Of a stretch of 57,822 nt of DNA, positions 28,667-38,280 are shown piece after piece. Source of the DNA: Bdellovibrionales bacterium (GTDB lineage Bacteria > Bdellovibrionota > Bdellovibrionia > Bdellovibrionales > UBA1609); NCBI GenBank assembly GCA_013216195.1, contig JABSOQ010000006.1, positions 1 to 57,822 on the forward strand, read 5' to 3'. Under the pieces are notes generated by a model. It saw nothing but the letters and a program-made list of their open reading frames with translations, was not told the DNA's origin and did no database searches. Position numbers and translations under genes: made by a program. Position 1 is the stretch's first letter; each line of letters begins with the position of its first letter.

Positions 28667-29791
28667 TCACTTGCACTTTTCTGCCGGTTGAATAGAGGTT
28701 TTGTAGACTTGTTTTTGCCCAGCTCGGTCACTGGTGAAGTAGAGGGTCGCTCCGTCTGGGCTTACGGTTGGTTCTGTGTCATTAGCAGAGTGCCACGTCA
28801 GCCGCTCTAGACAGCCGTTTGAGATCATTAATCGAAAGATCTCAAAGCCACCCTTTTTCTCTCGATTTGAAGATATCAATAGAGATTTGCCATCTGGCAG
28901 CCAGTGTGGGTTCCAGTGAATGTAGGGAGCGCTGGTAAGCTTCTGGATGACTTCACCGTCTTGATTGGCCAGCACAATCTGACTTTCTTTCATCGATGGC
29001 TCGTACTCGACCCAAACCATTTGGCTTCCATCTGGTGAGAACCTCGGCTCGGCTTCGACCGTAGGCGATTTGGTTATCGACTTCAAATAAGTTCCAGTGT
29101 TTGAGACAAGATGAAGATCAATTTGCCCACCACGTGCGGAGGCAAAGGCGATTTTCTTGCCTTTGGGGTGCACATTTGGGTCTGAATCGTATTGAGGTGA
29201 ACGAGTCAGTCTCTCGATTCGGGTTCCATTTAAGAAGCTAGAATACAGCTCTAAGGGTTGGTCTTTCCAGAACAGTTTGCTGTCGTTCGGTTTAGGGTTC
29301 TCTTCTTCGGCGCCCGCGATCCTCATGAGAGACTCTTTGATAAACAATGAGTCCTCTTTGATTTCGTCGGTAGAGCTTGAGTAAATCACATGGCTGTCAT
29401 CAGGAGAGAAGACTACGCTGGCGACTTGGCCATCTTGAAAGGTAATTCGCTTCTCTTTCTTGGCATCGATTTCAAGTAAGTAGGCTTGGGTGTTCTCGTG
29501 TGCTGGTCGCAGACTACTCAAAAAGACCATCTTGCTGCCGTCATGTGAAAGTTCAGGCTTAGAGTTCACGCCAATTCTGGTCAAGGCTATCAATGGCGGT
29601 GGTTGATAGCCAGAGGGGAGCGAGATATCAGAAGTGCGCAACCCATCTGAGGCACTTGGTTTCGACTGGCAACCCAAAAGAAAGCCATACATCAGTAGGC
29701 CGCAAATGCCGGTGGCAATTAGACGAAACTGAGAGCTTTTTTGATTAGCGATACCGGAGCGACTGTATTGACTTTGCTTTTTTGTACCCAT
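28667..29791 (-). CDS. TolB-like PD40 beta-propeller lipoprotein
   Basis: Lipobox LLG-C; repeats P.(F/L/V)SPDG..I.F.S.R and RLT; start uncertain (overlaps the mutY 3' end). Confidence 0.8.
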   Translation of the reverse strand: MGTKKQSQYSRSGIANQKSSQFRLIATGICGLLMYGFLLGCQSKPSASDGLRTSDISLPSGYQPPPLIALTRIGVNSKPELSHDGSKMVFLSSLRPAHENTQAYLLEIDAKKEKRITFQDGQVASVVFSPDDSHVIYSSSTDEIKEDSLFIKESLMRIAGAEEENPKPNDSKLFWKDQPLELYSSFLNGTRIERLTRSPQYDSDPNVHPKGKKIAFASARGGQIDLHLVSNTGTYLKSITKSPTVEAEPRFSPDGSQMVWVEYEPSMKESQIVLANQDGEVIQKLTSAPYIHWNPHWLPDGKSLLISSNREKKGGFEIFRLMISNGCLERLTWHSANDTEPTVSPDGATLYFTSDRAGQKQVYKTSIQPAEKCK

Positions 29792-30708
29792 AAGGCATTT
29801 TCTGGCTTTCGCGACAAATGGTCAACTTGCGAAGAGTCTGTATTGAGCGTTACATAAATGTCATGGTGGGTGATGCTGTGCTTGAAGTCATAGTTTAGCG
29901 GTTTCTTTTTCAGTAGTTTCGCTTCACCGGGCAGAAGCCATTGATTTTTTAAAAAAGGTGCTGAGTGATCTTTCACCAATAAAACTTTGCCTTGGTCTTG
30001 CAAAACGATTGGGGACCAGTGCCAAACTTCACGCTCTCGTTTGGGTTTTGCAGACGGATAAGCCTCAGGGGCATGCTGCCTATTAGCTTGGCAATCTGCT
30101 TGCAAAGGGCAGAGCAGGCAGGTCGGGCTTTTTGGCCTGCAAATTGATGCCCCGAGCTCCATTAGGGCTTGATTGAGTTCAGCGGCATCAGCAAAGCTGG
30201 CCCAGTGATCAGCGATCTCTTGTATGCTGTTGCGACCAGCTGGAGTCCACCAATGCCAAGGCTCTGCGTACAGCCTCGAAAACACTCGAATGGTGTTGCC
30301 GTCGACCACGCCAACTGGTTGGTGAAAGGCAATCGAGGCCACAGACCTAGCTGTATATGGCCCTAAGCCTGGTAGTTTGATTAATTCTTCGAAACTGTCG
30401 GGGAACTCTCCAAGTTTCACAATTTCTTTTGCCGCTTTTTGCAAGTTTCTAGCTCGTGAGTAGTAGCCCAGGCCTGCCCAAAGTTCATAGACTTTTTCTT
30501 GTGGCGCCTTCGCGAGATCTTCAACCGTGGGGAGTTCGCGAATGAACCTTTCAAAAAACGGAATGACAGCTTTTGAAGTTGTCTGTTGAAGCATAATTTC
30601 AGAGATCCAGATCTTGTAGGGGTCTCTTGATTGCCGCCATGGTAAAGGCCGTTTGTTCTCTTGGTACCATGACAGAAGACTGTCGACTTGCTTTTGCAGT
30701 TCCATCAT
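29719..30708 (-). CDS. mutY: A/G-specific adenine glycosylase
   Basis: LPWR..DPY.IWISEIMLQQT, GLGYYSRARN, HhH LPGLGPYTA, VDGN, FeS motif C-X6-C-X2-C-X5-C. Confidence 0.95.
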   Translation of the reverse strand: MMELQKQVDSLLSWYQENKRPLPWRQSRDPYKIWISEIMLQQTTSKAVIPFFERFIRELPTVEDLAKAPQEKVYELWAGLGYYSRARNLQKAAKEIVKLGEFPDSFEELIKLPGLGPYTARSVASIAFHQPVGVVDGNTIRVFSRLYAEPWHWWTPAGRNSIQEIADHWASFADAAELNQALMELGASICRPKSPTCLLCPLQADCQANRQHAPEAYPSAKPKREREVWHWSPIVLQDQGKVLLVKDHSAPFLKNQWLLPGEAKLLKKKPLNYDFKHSITHHDIYVTLNTDSSQVDHLSRKPENALWVQKSKVNTVAPVSLIKKALSFV

Positions 30709-30712
30709 TTGT

Positions 30713-31918
30713 TCAGCCTTTGTATTGCGAAATGATGTTCACTTCGCCTTTAAGGGTTCTGTTGACTGGGCACCTTTCTGCAATTGAGAACAAGGATCGC
30801 TTTTCGTCATCGGATAGGTTGCCAGAGATCGCAATCTCTTTGGTTATTTGATCGACCATTCCCTCTTTGGTTTCACATTCAGCGCAGTCGTTGGCATGAA
30901 CCTTTTCTTGTTTTAGTTTCACTTCGACATCTTGCAAATCAAAACCTTTTCGCTCGGCGTACATCTTCATTGTCATGGCTGTACAGCCACCTAAAGAAGC
31001 CAAAAGAATCTCGTAAGGGTTCATGCCCAAGTCGTTTCCCTTGAGGCGCTTAGGTTCATCCATTACAAAGTGATGGTCTTTGCTAAATACATCTTGAGTG
31101 TATTTGAGCCCTTTGCGACTTTTAATCACGACTTGAGAGTTATCAAGACTAGGTCTTAAGTCTTGAATGGCTGGTAAAAACTTATTGGCCCAGGCTCCAA
31201 TCACAGTCGCAGCGTACTCGGCATCTTCGATGGCAGAGATGAGGTGATCTGCGTTGTCTAGGCTCACAAAACTTTTCGGGTGCTTAGCGTTCATGAAAAT
31301 CTTGGTGGCATGTTCAATAGACACCGTGTTGTCTGTAGGAGAGTGCATAACTAGTAAGGCTCGGTTGGTTTGCTTAAAGTCTTCGAGAACTTTCACTTCT
31401 TCGATATCTTCTAGAAACTGCTTTTTGATAGTGAAGTCACGGCCAGCCAATTTGACCTCGGCAAGTCCCTTCTCGTTGATCTCGAGTTTGTGACCTTCAA
31501 ACATATGAGACACGTGAGCCGCATCACTTGGTGCAGCTAGTGTCGCCACAGCTTTCACATTTGGTAGCAGGCTCGAAGCCTTTAGAACCGCAGCCCCTCC
31601 AAGGCTATGGCCAACTAGCAATGCGGGATGTTCAAACTTTTCACCAAGGTGATTGCAGGCGCTGACCAAATCTTGCACGTTCGAAGAGAAGTTTGTGTTT
31701 GAGAAGTCGCCTTCACTGTTTCCAAGGCCTGTGAAATCGAAACGCAAAACTCCGATACCAGATTCTGTGAGTTTTCTTGAAATCGTAGCAGCTGCTCGAA
31801 CGTTTTTTGAGCAGGTAAAGCAGTGTGCAAACAGAGCGTAGGCCTTGGGTTTCTGGTTAGGCAGCTCTAAACGCCCTGATAGTATTTGCCCATCTTGATT
31901 CGGAAAATCAAATTTCAC
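30713..31918 (-). CDS. Bifunctional alpha/beta hydrolase - OsmC protein
   Basis: FAHCFTCSK, GHSLGG, HPKSFVSLD.ADHL, then OsmC motifs DEP..G...G.NPYE, LGGC and CPV. Confidence 0.92.
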   Translation of the reverse strand: MKFDFPNQDGQILSGRLELPNQKPKAYALFAHCFTCSKNVRAAATISRKLTESGIGVLRFDFTGLGNSEGDFSNTNFSSNVQDLVSACNHLGEKFEHPALLVGHSLGGAAVLKASSLLPNVKAVATLAAPSDAAHVSHMFEGHKLEINEKGLAEVKLAGRDFTIKKQFLEDIEEVKVLEDFKQTNRALLVMHSPTDNTVSIEHATKIFMNAKHPKSFVSLDNADHLISAIEDAEYAATVIGAWANKFLPAIQDLRPSLDNSQVVIKSRKGLKYTQDVFSKDHHFVMDEPKRLKGNDLGMNPYEILLASLGGCTAMTMKMYAERKGFDLQDVEVKLKQEKVHANDCAECETKEGMVDQITKEIAISGNLSDDEKRSLFSIAERCPVNRTLKGEVNIISQYKG

Positions 31919-32075
31919 TTCAAACCCCTCTGTCGATGTGAGAGTACAGACCTAGCAATAACTTGCTGATTTGCCAATCAATGAGCAAATTGCATGGGGC
32001 GTCTTGGCTGAAAACTCACCTAAATAAAGATAGGGGAGAGAGTAGGGTGAAAATGTAGGGGTGCTCTCACAGGCC

Positions 32076-33416
32076 TTAGAGAATAGATTGCATTTCTGGG
32101 CCAGCGCGCTCTACGATCAGCACGTCATCTTCACTGCCACTGATGGCAACTACGTCGCCATCCTTGAAAGACTCGCCTGACTTGCTGATGGCTTTCACAT
32201 TCTGACCTTTATGTTGTACCAGGCCCGCACCATTAATGAAATTGCTGGCACAGACGGCTCGTCCTCCAACCATCGATTTGTGAGTGCGGGGCTTTCTAAC
32301 TAAGACAAATGTCAAAATCACAAACATGATACCTAGGCAGGCCGTAATGGTGTAGACCACGGCCATGTAGTCACCACCGATGGGTTCATTGAACAGGTAG
32401 AGGCTACCTAAGAAAAAAGCGATTAACCCTCCTAGGCCTAGCACACCAAAGCCCGAGACAAATACTTCAGCGCCCAGTAAAACAACTCCAAACAGAAGCA
32501 ATAACAAGAAGCCCACGTTCACAGGCAGTGTGCTAAGGGCAATCAGCCCGAGAATCAGGCAAATCACACCAAAGACACCTGGAAAGATCAGGCCGCCGCC
32601 CAAAATCTCGATGTAGATTCCCAATGTTCCGAAAGAGGTGAACATGTAGGCCACCTGAGGATCAGCAATGTACTCAAGAAAGTAACCGATCGGCCGTTTT
32701 TCCACCTCTCGAAAGCTGATGTTGCGGCCTCTAAAGTTAATTTTTTGATCTTTAAATAGCAGCAGAATACGACCCAGTGCTTTCACCAGGTCTTCGTTAC
32801 CGGCAATGCGTTGATTGATCACGTTGGCCTCGAGAGCCTCTGTGTCAGTTAGGCTGATCGCGTCTTTCACAAACTTTTCAGCCATTTCGACGTTTCGTCC
32901 CCGGCTCTCGGCAAGGCTCCTCATGAGGGCTTGAGTGTCTTCAAAGACTTTCTTCTTAAGAGTGGGGCCAATGTCTTTACCAGAGGAGTCTATTGGTGAA
33001 GCGGCTCCAGTATTGGTACCTTCGTTCATCATAGCCCAGTGACCTGCTAGCAAAATGAATGAGCCAGCTGAAGCTGCTTGAGCTCCCGAGGGGCCAACAA
33101 CAGTGATGACAGGTTTGGGTGCCTCATTGATCAGTTGAATGATCTCGCGGGTCGACTTTAACAGGCCGCCCGGCGTGTTGATTTCAAGAACCACAGCCTG
33201 AGCATCTGTGGTCTTCAATTGTTTGAAGACCTCTTTTAGATAGTGCACTGTCGCCGGACCAATCGATCCTGTGATCGGAGCTTTGAGAATTGTCCAGTCA
33301 GCTCTTTGGTAGAGCTCTTGTTCCGCAGTTAAGGGAGCCTCCGGTTCAGGAGACTCGGCTTCAAGATAAGGAACAATAGCAAAAACTAAAAAGAGGAGAC
33401 CGAACAACTTTCTCAT
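32076..33416 (-). CDS. Long-form NfeD membrane-bound serine protease (S49/ClpP-like)
   Basis: Signal peptide; INTPGG, AASAG (Ser), GAASPI, KKVFED (Lys of the dyad); TM bundle and C-terminal OB-like domain. Confidence 0.88.
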   Translation of the reverse strand: MRKLFGLLFLVFAIVPYLEAESPEPEAPLTAEQELYQRADWTILKAPITGSIGPATVHYLKEVFKQLKTTDAQAVVLEINTPGGLLKSTREIIQLINEAPKPVITVVGPSGAQAASAGSFILLAGHWAMMNEGTNTGAASPIDSSGKDIGPTLKKKVFEDTQALMRSLAESRGRNVEMAEKFVKDAISLTDTEALEANVINQRIAGNEDLVKALGRILLLFKDQKINFRGRNISFREVEKRPIGYFLEYIADPQVAYMFTSFGTLGIYIEILGGGLIFPGVFGVICLILGLIALSTLPVNVGFLLLLLFGVVLLGAEVFVSGFGVLGLGGLIAFFLGSLYLFNEPIGGDYMAVVYTITACLGIMFVILTFVLVRKPRTHKSMVGGRAVCASNFINGAGLVQHKGQNVKAISKSGESFKDGDVVAISGSEDDVLIVERAGPEMQSIL

Positions 33417-34333
33417 GACAGATCAAGCTCCATTCCATCGAGCATGCTTTCCATGTTGAACAGGTCAGCTGGTACAATCACGTTCGAACTTGGTTTGCCC
33501 AGGCTCTGAATAGACTTGAAATACTGCTGGGCTACATCGAGCTTGATGGCTTTGTCACCACCAGGCTGGGCAATCGCTTCACCGACCTTCTCAATCGAAT
33601 CAGCAGTCGCCTCGGCAATCGATAAGATCTCTGCAGCTTCACCATCGGCGTAGTTGATGATCTCTTGCATTTTACCTTCAGAGACGTTTATCAGCTCAGC
33701 CTTTTGACCCTCAGACCTGTTGATACGACTTTCTTTGTCACCAGCGGCTTTCGCAACCATTGCTCTTTTTTCACGTTCGGCATTCACCTGACGCTCCATC
33801 GCCTCAGCGACCGAAATTGGCGGGTCGATATTTCGAATCTCGTAGCGGTGAACGATGATTCCCCACTTTGCTCCAGCTTTCGAGAGCGTCTCTACGACTT
33901 TTGCACTAATGGCATCTCTTTCTTCGAAAGTCTTGTCGAGGTCAATGGTGCCCACAACCGCACGAATTGTGGTTTGGGCCAACTGGGTAGCAGCGTACCT
34001 GTAGTTGGTAACACCGTAAGCCGCCTTCACTGGGTCTGCAACAGTCATGTAGATCACACCGTCGACTTCCACTTTCACTTCATCTTTCGAGAAGCAATCT
34101 TGCGGTGGCACATCAATTGTCTCTTCTTTGAGGTTCAGCTTAGCTGTGACCTTGTCGAGAAATGGCAAAAGAATGTGAAGGCCAGCTCCAAGAGTGGCTC
34201 GGTATTGACCAAGTCTTTCAACTATCAATACCTGCTTGTTAGGTACAATACGAATGGAACCAGCGAATCCTGCGATGATGTACAAGAAAATTAGGCCCCA
34301 AACAATAAAGCTAAATAGAGTGGTCGGTTCCAT
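33413..34333 (-). CDS. SPFH/stomatin-like protein (paraslipin/QmcA type)
   Basis: IVERLG.Y..L.AGLHIL.PF.D, QLAQTTIR, AMERQVNAEREKRA. Confidence 0.92.
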   Translation of the reverse strand: MEPTTLFSFIVWGLIFLYIIAGFAGSIRIVPNKQVLIVERLGQYRATLGAGLHILLPFLDKVTAKLNLKEETIDVPPQDCFSKDEVKVEVDGVIYMTVADPVKAAYGVTNYRYAATQLAQTTIRAVVGTIDLDKTFEERDAISAKVVETLSKAGAKWGIIVHRYEIRNIDPPISVAEAMERQVNAEREKRAMVAKAAGDKESRINRSEGQKAELINVSEGKMQEIINYADGEAAEILSIAEATADSIEKVGEAIAQPGGDKAIKLDVAQQYFKSIQSLGKPSSNVIVPADLFNMESMLDGMELDLS

Positions 34334-34334
34334 A

Positions 34335-35330
34335 TTAGAAGCCTCCTAGAGAAGGTGGGTTGCTTGGTACGCTATACTGCTGCTCTTGGCGAGGGTGAGA
34401 CTGCCCATTGCCTTGATGAGACGCACGAGAGGGCTTCGACTTTTTCATCAAAGAGTCGACCGCACCTTTAAGTGTGGCGAGTTCAACTGGGAACACAGAA
34501 ACGCTAGAGTTTTTGATGATGTTTTCAACTTTCTTAACGAACTGCTCGGTGAGCTTCATTTTTACAGCGAGGTCTCCGCCTGGTTTTTGAATTGCAGCAG
34601 CCACCATTTTCACGCCTTGGGCTGTTGCATCAGCAACGGCAGAGATCTCTCGGGCTCGACCTTTTGCTTCGTTAATTCGTCTTTGTTTTTCACCCTCTGA
34701 GTGATTGATCGCCTCTTGCCTGTAGCCCTCAGAAACCAAAATCTGAGACTCTCTTTCAGCTGATGCCAAAATCACCTCTGCACGACGTTGTCGTTCAGCT
34801 TCCATTTGCTTTTCAAGGGTGTGCACCACACCCTTTGATGGAGAGATGTTCTTCACTTCGTAACTCAGAACCTTTACGCCCCAAGGGTCTGAGGCTTTAT
34901 CAATTTCGGTTACGATCGATTCGTTGAGGTTTTCTCTCTCAGCAAAAGTCTGGCTAAGGGTGAGTTTACCAATCTCAGATCTCATGGTGGTCTGAGCCAG
35001 GTTGATACTGGCTGTGATGTAGTCTCCGATACCGTAACTAGCTCGCTTAGCATCAACGACTTTCAAGTAAACCAACCCGTCAACATCAACTCGGATGTTA
35101 TCTTTGGTGATGCAGCTCTGTGAAGGGATGTCGATCACTTGCTCTCGAATATCATGTTGGTAGGCAATTCTGTCTATAAAGGGTACGACAATGTGTAGGC
35201 CTGGTTTCAAGATGCCACGAAAGTTACCGAGCCTTTCGAGAGTGTAGTTCTCTCTCATGGGTACAATGATCAATAGGTTGTAGCCTAAAAAGATCAGTAT
35301 GATCGCAAATATTGTGAAAGCTAATAACAT
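34335..35330 (-). CDS. SPFH/stomatin-like protein (paraslipin/QmcA type), second paralog
   Basis: ERLG..LKPGLHIVVPFID, QSCITKDN..VDG, LAQTTMRSEIG, KQMEAERQRRA; start uncertain (35330 or 35357). Confidence 0.9.
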   Translation of the reverse strand: MLLAFTIFAIILIFLGYNLLIIVPMRENYTLERLGNFRGILKPGLHIVVPFIDRIAYQHDIREQVIDIPSQSCITKDNIRVDVDGLVYLKVVDAKRASYGIGDYITASINLAQTTMRSEIGKLTLSQTFAERENLNESIVTEIDKASDPWGVKVLSYEVKNISPSKGVVHTLEKQMEAERQRRAEVILASAERESQILVSEGYRQEAINHSEGEKQRRINEAKGRAREISAVADATAQGVKMVAAAIQKPGGDLAVKMKLTEQFVKKVENIIKNSSVSVFPVELATLKGAVDSLMKKSKPSRASHQGNGQSHPRQEQQYSVPSNPPSLGGF

Positions 35331-35340
35331 AGCAGCACCA

Positions 35341-35823
35341 TTATCCTTCCTCCTCATTGGATGTCGTGTTCTCAACGTCTGGTTGATCAATCAACCAAGT
35401 CATGTTGTTTCTAAAAACGATGATGGCTCGGTCTCCTTCAAAAAACTCTATGTTTTCTCTTCGACTGAGAGCTGGCCAACTTGTACCTTGGTAGCGGATT
35501 CGTCCCTCAGTTTGATGACTAACAGGAGCGAGCACTTCGACCTCTTCGCCAAAAGCATCGATGTCTTCGTCAGTGTTAGATTTGGTCTCGGTGTGTGGCA
35601 AAAACTTGTCGACCAGACCTTTAAGTGTAAACAGAAATGTGATTGAAAGAATGAACCAAATCGTGAAACCAGTCAGTGGGTCGTTGATCACACCAATGAA
35701 ATAAAGCCCACCAACGAACAGAGCACCGAAGCCTATAAAGAAGGCGATTCCACCGGGCAGAATCACCTCGGCGATAATCAGAACCACTCCAAAGATCAAC
35801 CAAAATGACTGCCAAAACTCCAT
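35341..35823 (-). CDS. Short-form NfeD (YbbJ-like) protein
   Basis: WLIFGVVLIIAEVILPG, TM segments, OB-like GRIRYQGTSWPA; ATG 35823. Confidence 0.85.
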   Translation of the reverse strand: MEFWQSFWLIFGVVLIIAEVILPGGIAFFIGFGALFVGGLYFIGVINDPLTGFTIWFILSITFLFTLKGLVDKFLPHTETKSNTDEDIDAFGEEVEVLAPVSHQTEGRIRYQGTSWPALSRRENIEFFEGDRAIIVFRNNMTWLIDQPDVENTTSNEEEG

Positions 35824-35969
35824 GATGTGTTCCCGTGTTGTGATTGCTAGAATAAAGATAATATTGATGTTTTGAGTTGAATACAAGGCATCACGACTCT
35901 GATCGAGTTTGCATTTGCGGCATAAATTGGGAATCAAGTCTTGCACGTTTACTCTGAGCCGATGATGAT

Positions 35970-36512
35970 GTGTCTATGAGAGCCAATTTGTTGAAAGTTT
36001 GCTTACTGGTTTCGCTCTTTACCTCTCCGGCCTGGGCCAGAGGGAAGTCGAGTTGTATTTCGAAAGAGTTGCGTTTGAAAAGCTGTAGATTGAGCTTTCA
36101 AGAGGCCGAGTACAACCTGTCTCGCACCGGACTGCGTATTCATGATGGCACATGGAGAGGGGTGGTTCAGTTGCCCTTCGTCGATGAGACTACAGATTGG
36201 CACTCAGTCAAGATTCGTGAAAAGCAAGACACTCGAATACTCGAAATGAAAGCATGGAGACGCGCGGCATCAGCTCCCGATCTCGAACTTGAGAATCTGC
36301 ACTGGATGATTTTCGAACTGTCAGGAACGAATCTGAACCTCCTTGCAGACAAAGTGGTTCGCTTACGCAGAAGACAGATGGTCTCCGAGGGGCAAGAGCC
36401 ACATAAGTTTTTGAATGGGAAGCTCGACGCACATTTGATTCTCGTTGAAGACGGAAAGCTTCTGTGGAAGGTCGGGCACAAAAAGGGGCCTTTGTTTCCT
36501 GAGGAGCAATAA
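35970..36512 (+). CDS. Secreted hypothetical protein
   Basis: Signal peptide ..SLFTSPAWA; basic protein; no motif recognised; start 35970 or 35976. Confidence 0.6.
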   Translation: MSMRANLLKVCLLVSLFTSPAWARGKSSCISKELRLKSCRLSFQEAEYNLSRTGLRIHDGTWRGVVQLPFVDETTDWHSVKIREKQDTRILEMKAWRRAASAPDLELENLHWMIFELSGTNLNLLADKVVRLRRRQMVSEGQEPHKFLNGKLDAHLILVEDGKLLWKVGHKKGPLFPEEQ

Positions 36513-36765
36513 GCTCTAAAATTCGTATGCAGTTTTAAAAAAAACTTCCAAAGCCTCGCTAAGACAATAAGAACTAAATTTCAATTGGCAATCGAGCTGA
36601 ACCGAGTAGGTCCTTTGACTCAACAATGGGTTTTCAATAAGAGCTGACTTTTCAGTAGGTTAGTAGATTTTGCTTGTGGGTGAGTTTGATTATAAGCGGT
36701 GCTTATCATAGAAGTTAAGATTGCCGTTTTGTTCTATTTCGATCCGACATGCTAACTCTGATCAC

Positions 36766-37578
36766 ATGAATTTTCGGGGGAATTTCACTTTAGTAATCGC
36801 TCTTTTTCTGTTTTCGGCTTCGGCCTTTGCAGCAGTGCCAGATCGCCCAGACTTAGACAAAAAGAGACGGCTCGATCGCGTGATTGAGGGGCTCGAGCAG
36901 TTGGAACGTTTCGGTTCTGACTATTACAAGGCGGGCTCTAACTTTGCGATAGAAAACTGCAAAAGCTACCCGCATTTTTCGATAGTCAGACAGCAGAACC
37001 GTGGGGGGCATCAAAGGTTAATTCAAGACCTAAAAGTAGCCTTAGATCAGGGTCTACGCTGCATGTTGAGTGCTGAAAACAAATTTGCCAGGGAGCATGC
37101 TGAAAACGCTGAAGAGCTGCTCGGTTACCTAGAAGACTCAAGTTTGCAAAAGACCTTCAGTTGCCAACCAGGTATCGACAAAGCTGTGGACTATGCCAAT
37201 TATCCAGATTTTAATCCTAGTGATCAGGGCTTTTTGTTTATCAAAGACCTCATTCCAAGTTTTCCTGGGCTGCTGCTCGACACAAACGCTCTAGCTGGCA
37301 ACCACAACCTCTTTGTTGAGCGAAAAATTACGCCATTGAATCGAGATGAGTTGGCGCCAGTCTTTCACGAAATGGCTGATGAAGCCGTGTTCAATCGCGG
37401 GCTACCAAAAGAAAATGCAATGCCTTATATGTCGACCTCAATGTTGCTATTTCACGAAATGCTTCATTGGACAGGCTACAAACATGGCCCCAATCACCTG
37501 TTTGATGAGGTCAGGCTACTGCAAGCCGCTTGCTTTGGTAAAAATATATTCAGTGAAGAGGTGTCTGCTGAAGCTTAG
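36766..37578 (+). CDS. Secreted metzincin-type zinc metalloprotease-like protein
   Basis: Signal peptide MNFRGNFTLVIALFLFSASAFA; HEMLHWTGYKH matches HExxHxxGxxH; ends at a TAG beyond which the same frame stays open. Confidence 0.65.
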   Translation: MNFRGNFTLVIALFLFSASAFAAVPDRPDLDKKRRLDRVIEGLEQLERFGSDYYKAGSNFAIENCKSYPHFSIVRQQNRGGHQRLIQDLKVALDQGLRCMLSAENKFAREHAENAEELLGYLEDSSLQKTFSCQPGIDKAVDYANYPDFNPSDQGFLFIKDLIPSFPGLLLDTNALAGNHNLFVERKITPLNRDELAPVFHEMADEAVFNRGLPKENAMPYMSTSMLLFHEMLHWTGYKHGPNHLFDEVRLLQAACFGKNIFSEEVSAEA

Positions 37579-37674
37579 CAAAAAGCAAAAAGAATTCTAT
37601 CTGATACAGAGTACTGGCAGCAAAGCAAGGCCATCAGGCCAAGGGTAGCAAGTAAAAAGAGGTATCACGTTGAT

Positions 37675-38280
37675 ATGTTCGAAATTCAGGAGCACACCTA
37701 CAGCTCGGGTGTTTCTCACCAAGCAGGGCGTGAATTGCCAGAAGGTTGGTTGGCCAAATCAATTGAACAGCTAACCCTGTACGGACCTGAGGCTGAAGTC
37801 ACTTTGGTTCAAGCCTTATTTAGTGATCTGCAAGGCTCAAGTGTCGAACTTCATAACGAAATCTACAGATCTTTAGTGAGTGCACAACATGTGCTTTATG
37901 TAGGCTCGGAAAAAGAGCCGACCGGTGGGGTTAAGACAGCTTTGTTTCCTTCAACATCTTTCAATCTGTTCAATATGAGGGTTCTTTCAGGCGATGAAAC
38001 AAATGAGGAGTTCCAGACTTCGTTGAGTACAAATGCGTATCGATTCGGTCGTTACATGAGTGCAAGATCTGGTCAGTCCCACTCACTGCCAGTTATGGCT
38101 GGACGGTCGGGTTCTTCTTTAGCGCTCATGATCAAGGGCTCGAGTCGGTTGAGGGTGATCAGTACTCGGTTAAAGAGAGGCTTTTGTTTGAACTTTGGAA
38201 GCTTTCTCATATCGCCAGCAATCATGATTTGCAAATTCCGAGACGGATCCCATCTGAGCTATTTTGAAGCTCATGTGTGA
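37675..38280 (+). CDS. Hypothetical protein; possibly the C-terminal part of the upstream metzincin gene
   Basis: Same frame as 36766-37578 with only one TAG between; weak own RBS (AGAGGT 11 nt upstream). Confidence 0.45.
   Translation: MFEIQEHTYSSGVSHQAGRELPEGWLAKSIEQLTLYGPEAEVTLVQALFSDLQGSSVELHNEIYRSLVSAQHVLYVGSEKEPTGGVKTALFPSTSFNLFNMRVLSGDETNEEFQTSLSTNAYRFGRYMSARSGQSHSLPVMAGRSGSSLALMIKGSSRLRVISTRLKRGFCLNFGSFLISPAIMICKFRDGSHLSYFEAHV

Noticed and set aside
546-32017. Identical 14-mer TTGGCTGAAAACTC at 546 and 32004
   Set aside because: About a dozen chance 14-mer matches are expected in a 58-kb window on two strands, and there is no shared context.
33665-34294. 209-aa antisense ORF inside the SPFH gene (and the other 60-160-aa shadow ORFs in the track)
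   Set aside because: They lie antisense or out of frame within conserved genes, with no recognisable motif; typical codon-bias shadows.
7215-37578. Stop-codon reassignment as an explanation for the in-frame TAA TAA (thiB) and TAG (metzincin)
   Set aside because: TAA, TAG and TGA all end well-conserved genes at their expected lengths here (gltA TAA, doxX and transketolase TAG, phoD TGA), and long genes such as alaS are uninterrupted in the standard code.
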